Positions 27,053 to 28,043 of a stretch of DNA of 28,043 bases are shown one piece after another. Within the stretch, counting starts at the first letter, position 1, and every line of letters starts with the position of its first letter. The position numbers and the translations under genes were made by a program. Below the pieces are notes generated by a model. That model ran no database searches. It was given only the letters and a program-made list of their open reading frames with translations, and was not told the DNA's origin. The DNA lies in IMG/VR virus record IMGVR_UViG_3300025771_000138; one strand, given 5' to 3'. The DNA is from a virus.

Positions 27053-28042
27053 TTAGTATTTGATTTGAATGTTTTCTTTGTTAAAAGCTTTGCTGAACTT
27101 AGCAAGAAGAGATTCTTCCTGAGAAGTAGCGCCATTATTATTAATGGGGGCTTCCTCTGAAGCTTCTGCTCTGTCCAAAACTTCCTCGACATCTGTTTCG
27201 GAAGCTGTAACTTCTTCTACTGCCTTTTCAGGAGTAGCCGTTTCTTCTGGGGTTGCGATAGAAGCAATGCGTTTTTCAACTTCCTGCTCCACTCTCTTAG
27301 AGAGCTCTTGTTCTTGCTCCAACTTAAAAGCTTTGCTCTTATGATGAAGTAAAGAATTGAGTTTCTCCTGATAAGCTTCGAAGGATGCTTCAGCGCTATC
27401 CAGTGCCTGAACTTCTTTTGCAATAATAGCACGGTCACTATCAGAAAGATCAAATCCTTCGTCGATAGATTCCATTCTACTATTGAAAAGTTCTTCTGCT
27501 TGCTGTGCAGCGATAGAAGACTCAAGATCAGAAATTCTGTCTTGAGCTACTTTGAGGTTCTCTTCCAATTCAACGATAGAAGCTTTTGCTTTTTCAGCGT
27601 CTTCAGCGGCTTGAATCTTCTGCTGCTCTAAGGCTTCGCGTTCCTGTTGGAACTCGACATCCTTTTCTCTAATTTTGTCAGCGACAAAGCTAGAGATGCT
27701 AGCAACAGCCTCTTGCGAGAATTCAGCTTTTTCAGAAAGCTTGCTATCAAGAATTTTCCCGAACTCTTTAATGATTTCTTGGGTATCCATGATATCTGTA
27801 TTATTATGTGTTTTTACATTATTTTCACTCTTTTGTGAAATTTTTATGCTATTTTCGCTAGAAATTGTTGGCTTTTCTTCAACCTCTGAACTGTCGCCGG
27901 AGTCTTTTAGTGTTATAGTCTCATTTTTTTCAATGAAAACACCTTGAACATCAGCAGCAGGATTAGACGTAAACCCAATGCCTAACGGAAAAACTTCTCC
28001 GGTAACTAACCTGTAAACAGGGTCACCGTTGCTTAACTTACC
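27053..28042 (-). CDS. C-terminal part of a prohead protease-scaffold fusion (partial; the track's ORF from 27790 is its scaffold half)
   Basis: The frame stays open from ATG 27790 to the window edge, giving ...YRLVTGEVFPLGIGFTSNPAADVQG (protease-like G.GF...PA), a linker, then an acidic coiled coil ending in basic-hydrophobic KFSKAF. Confidence 0.8.
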   Translation of the reverse strand, partial: GKLSNGDPVYRLVTGEVFPLGIGFTSNPAADVQGVFIEKNETITLKDSGDSSEVEEKPTISSENSIKISQKSENNVKTHNNTDIMDTQEIIKEFGKILDSKLSEKAEFSQEAVASISSFVADKIREKDVEFQQEREALEQQKIQAAEDAEKAKASIVELEENLKVAQDRISDLESSIAAQQAEELFNSRMESIDEGFDLSDSDRAIIAKEVQALDSAEASFEAYQEKLNSLLHHKSKAFKLEQEQELSKRVEQEVEKRIASIATPEETATPEKAVEEVTASETDVEEVLDRAEASEEAPINNNGATSQEESLLAKFSKAFNKENIQIKY

Positions 28043-28043
28043 A

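Noticed and set aside
532-27947. The many 60-107 aa opposite-strand or alternate-frame ORFs in the track
   Set aside because: All are nested in longer well-supported genes, have no recognisable motifs, and look like shadow ORFs.
1-28043. Stop-codon reassignment, CRISPR array, integrase or host genes
   Set aside because: Long genes read through intact in the standard code, and no spaced direct repeats or such genes were seen.

Overview
This window is an AT-rich, fully coding virion-morphogenesis region of a large tailed phage (Caudoviricetes, siphovirus-type non-contractile tail), read in the standard genetic code. No integrase, host genes, tRNA or CRISPR are visible. Minus strand, right to left: partial prohead protease-scaffold fusion, capsid decoration protein, major capsid protein, terminator, a small protein followed by a candidate structured RNA, two chaperone-like genes, a 2154-aa tape measure protein (TMP), two tail-tube paralogs flanking a fibre, a tandem-duplicated lambda gpM-like protein, a mosaic adhesin, and a lambda-like L-K-I-J tail tip. 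The neck and major tail tube block (21248-24595) lies on the opposite strand, as if the canonical order had been inverted. The most striking observation is two tandem PD-(D/E)xK nuclease-like domains inside the TMP, bounded by recurring GY(I/M/V)P linker motifs, suggesting an injected enzyme cargo. Other highlights are a tail built from internally duplicated ring proteins (possible three-fold symmetry), a 73-nt multi-hairpin RNA candidate, and a repeated AAAGTGTATAA promoter-like motif. All family calls come from motif recognition by eye; no database search was run.
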